From an uncultured Gammaproteobacteria bacterium (GTDB lineage Bacteria > Patescibacteriota > Microgenomatia > Daviesbacterales > UBA10151): 11,805 nt of DNA. Location: contig CAYHYM010000016.1 of NCBI GenBank assembly GCA_964360965.1, forward strand, positions 1 to 11,805, in the 5' to 3' direction. Shown piece after piece: positions 10,846-11,805 of this stretch; the stretch's first letter is position 1; each line of letters starts with the position of its first letter. The position numbers and the translations under genes are program-made. Below the pieces are notes generated by a model. That model was given only the letters and a program-made list of their open reading frames with translations. It ran no database searches and was not told the DNA's origin.

Positions 10846-11750
10846 CATGGTTCTCCCTCTATTACTAGAGGCATAGACTATACCATCATCCCTGCACCAT
10901 CTGGTGCGGGGCGCTCAGCGTGTGATATGAATACTTCATATCTCATCATTCTCAATCTAGAATGAATCAGTCGTTACGGGGTCACAAGAATTTTGTAAGC
11001 TAAGTTAGGAATTATAAATTTAGAAATCAAAGGTATCAATCTAAACGTTTCAGTTTTGCTGAAATACATTCTAAAACCTTTATCTCTATCCTTATAAAAA
11101 TTACTATCTAGAGCAAATTTTTTCAAAAATACTCTTTGCAGCAACTTTATTTCTCCTAATTTAAAAGAATAGGTACTTATATCGATTTTATTTCGACTTA
11201 ATGAACCATCGTCCATAATCCAAATTGCCAAAGCAAGTGGATCTAAAAGATCTACTATATTCTTCGGAACAACTTTTATTCCATGTTTGTAAAACAATTT
11301 ATGAAATAAAGTTAACTTTGGATGACGAATGGTTCTAAACCACCAAGATTTAGCATAAGGAATTCGATTTTCATCGTACCTCATACTTAATTTGGGTGGA
11401 GTTGTAACCCACTCTTTAAACACTTCATACTTCCAGAAAACATAATCCTTTTGTTTTAATCCCTGTTCTATTTTAAAGTTGGCATTAAGGGCATTTTTAC
11501 CTACCCTCATTGTGCCATCTCCTAAAAGAGAACCTACCAAAACAGAAATTTGAGTTTGATTTAAACTCAAACCTTGTTTATATCTCTGAAGTTGGCGTGT
11601 TTGCATTCTTGGACTTCCCTCGGTATTGCCCCTTAACTTTAGATTACCCGAAAGTAATCCGAATTGTCAAGTAGGGTTTCACCGATATGAGCTGAATTTT
11701 TCCATAGAGAATTGCTTCTCTAGGCGACATACCTATTTCACTATAGGTTA
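10846..11750 (-). mobile_element. Group-I-like intron (~905 nt) in 23S rRNA carrying a LAGLIDADG ORF
   Basis: rRNA similarity breaks after ...GGCACCTCGAT (exon ends in U at 11751) and resumes at GTCGGCTCATC (10845). The intron ends in G (10846), consistent with an omega-G. The 3' part contains GGTATAGTC, which resembles the conserved group I core S element. Boundaries are good to within a few nt. Confidence 0.7.
10974..11606 (-). CDS. LAGLIDADG-family homing endonuclease (two-motif, single-chain type), intron-encoded
   Basis: 210-aa ORF with two LAGLIDADG-like motifs (LVGSLLGDGTM and LAIWIMDDGSL) about 100 aa apart. It lies wholly inside the 23S intron. A GAGGGAAG SD-like element lies about 9 nt upstream. 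Confidence 0.85.
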   Translation of the reverse strand: MQTRQLQRYKQGLSLNQTQISVLVGSLLGDGTMRVGKNALNANFKIEQGLKQKDYVFWKYEVFKEWVTTPPKLSMRYDENRIPYAKSWWFRTIRHPKLTLFHKLFYKHGIKVVPKNIVDLLDPLALAIWIMDDGSLSRNKIDISTYSFKLGEIKLLQRVFLKKFALDSNFYKDRDKGFRMYFSKTETFRLIPLISKFIIPNLAYKILVTP

Positions 11751-11805
11751 ATCGAGGTGCCGAACCTTGCCGTCCTTGTGGACTGTAGGGCAAGACTAGC
11801 CTGTT
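11751..11805 (-). rRNA. rrl: 23S ribosomal RNA, end of the 5' exon (continues beyond the window)
   Basis: The reverse complement AACAGGCTAGTCTTGCCCTACAGTCCACAAGGACGGCAAGGTTCGGCACCTCGAT matches the domain V central-loop strand (E. coli ...GACGGCGGUGUUUGGCACCUCGAU). Confidence 0.85.

Overview
This is an AT-rich bacterial window with most genes on the minus strand. The gene content looks like a Patescibacteria/CPR-type genome, which is an inference from gene types and not a database hit. The supporting genes are a Wzy/O-antigen-ligase-like protein fused to TPRs, a LysM-M23 peptidase, a membrane PIN/TRAM protein, a LytR_C protein, a short three-S1-domain protein and an intron-bearing 23S rRNA.

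From left to right the window holds:
- the 3' end of an unknown CDS
- an O-antigen-ligase/TPR membrane protein (+)
- two tandem tRNA-Ala genes (-)
- a LysM/M23 peptidase (-)
- an IS200-like HUH/Y1 (RAYT-type) transposase flanked by two copies of a 23-nt hairpin (+)
- rho (-)
- a 735-bp ORF-poor region with dense promoter, palindrome and hairpin structure
- a PIN/TRAM protein and a LytR_C protein (-)
- a pair of inverted REP-like hairpins
- an S1-domain protein (-)
- 5S rRNA (-)
- a RelB/DinJ-RelE/YafQ-type toxin-antitoxin pair (-) lying between the 5S and 23S genes
- the 3' part of 23S rRNA (-), interrupted by a ~905-nt group-I-like intron carrying a LAGLIDADG homing endonuclease ORF

The observations most worth following up are:
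- a self-contained promoter-to-terminator unit at 6277-6456 encoding three stem-loops that all expose GUCUGC in their loops, which is a candidate novel sRNA
- the TA cassette embedded in the 23S-5S spacer and bracketed by 52-bp imperfect direct repeats
- a 5S gene with its own promoter that is followed 25 nt later by the S1 CDS with no terminator between
- the hairpin-flanked RAYT-like gene
- a recurring TTGACA-17-(-10)-8 to 12 nt-ATG layout that predicts leaderless mRNAs

All coordinates and motifs were read by eye. No searches or folding programs were run.
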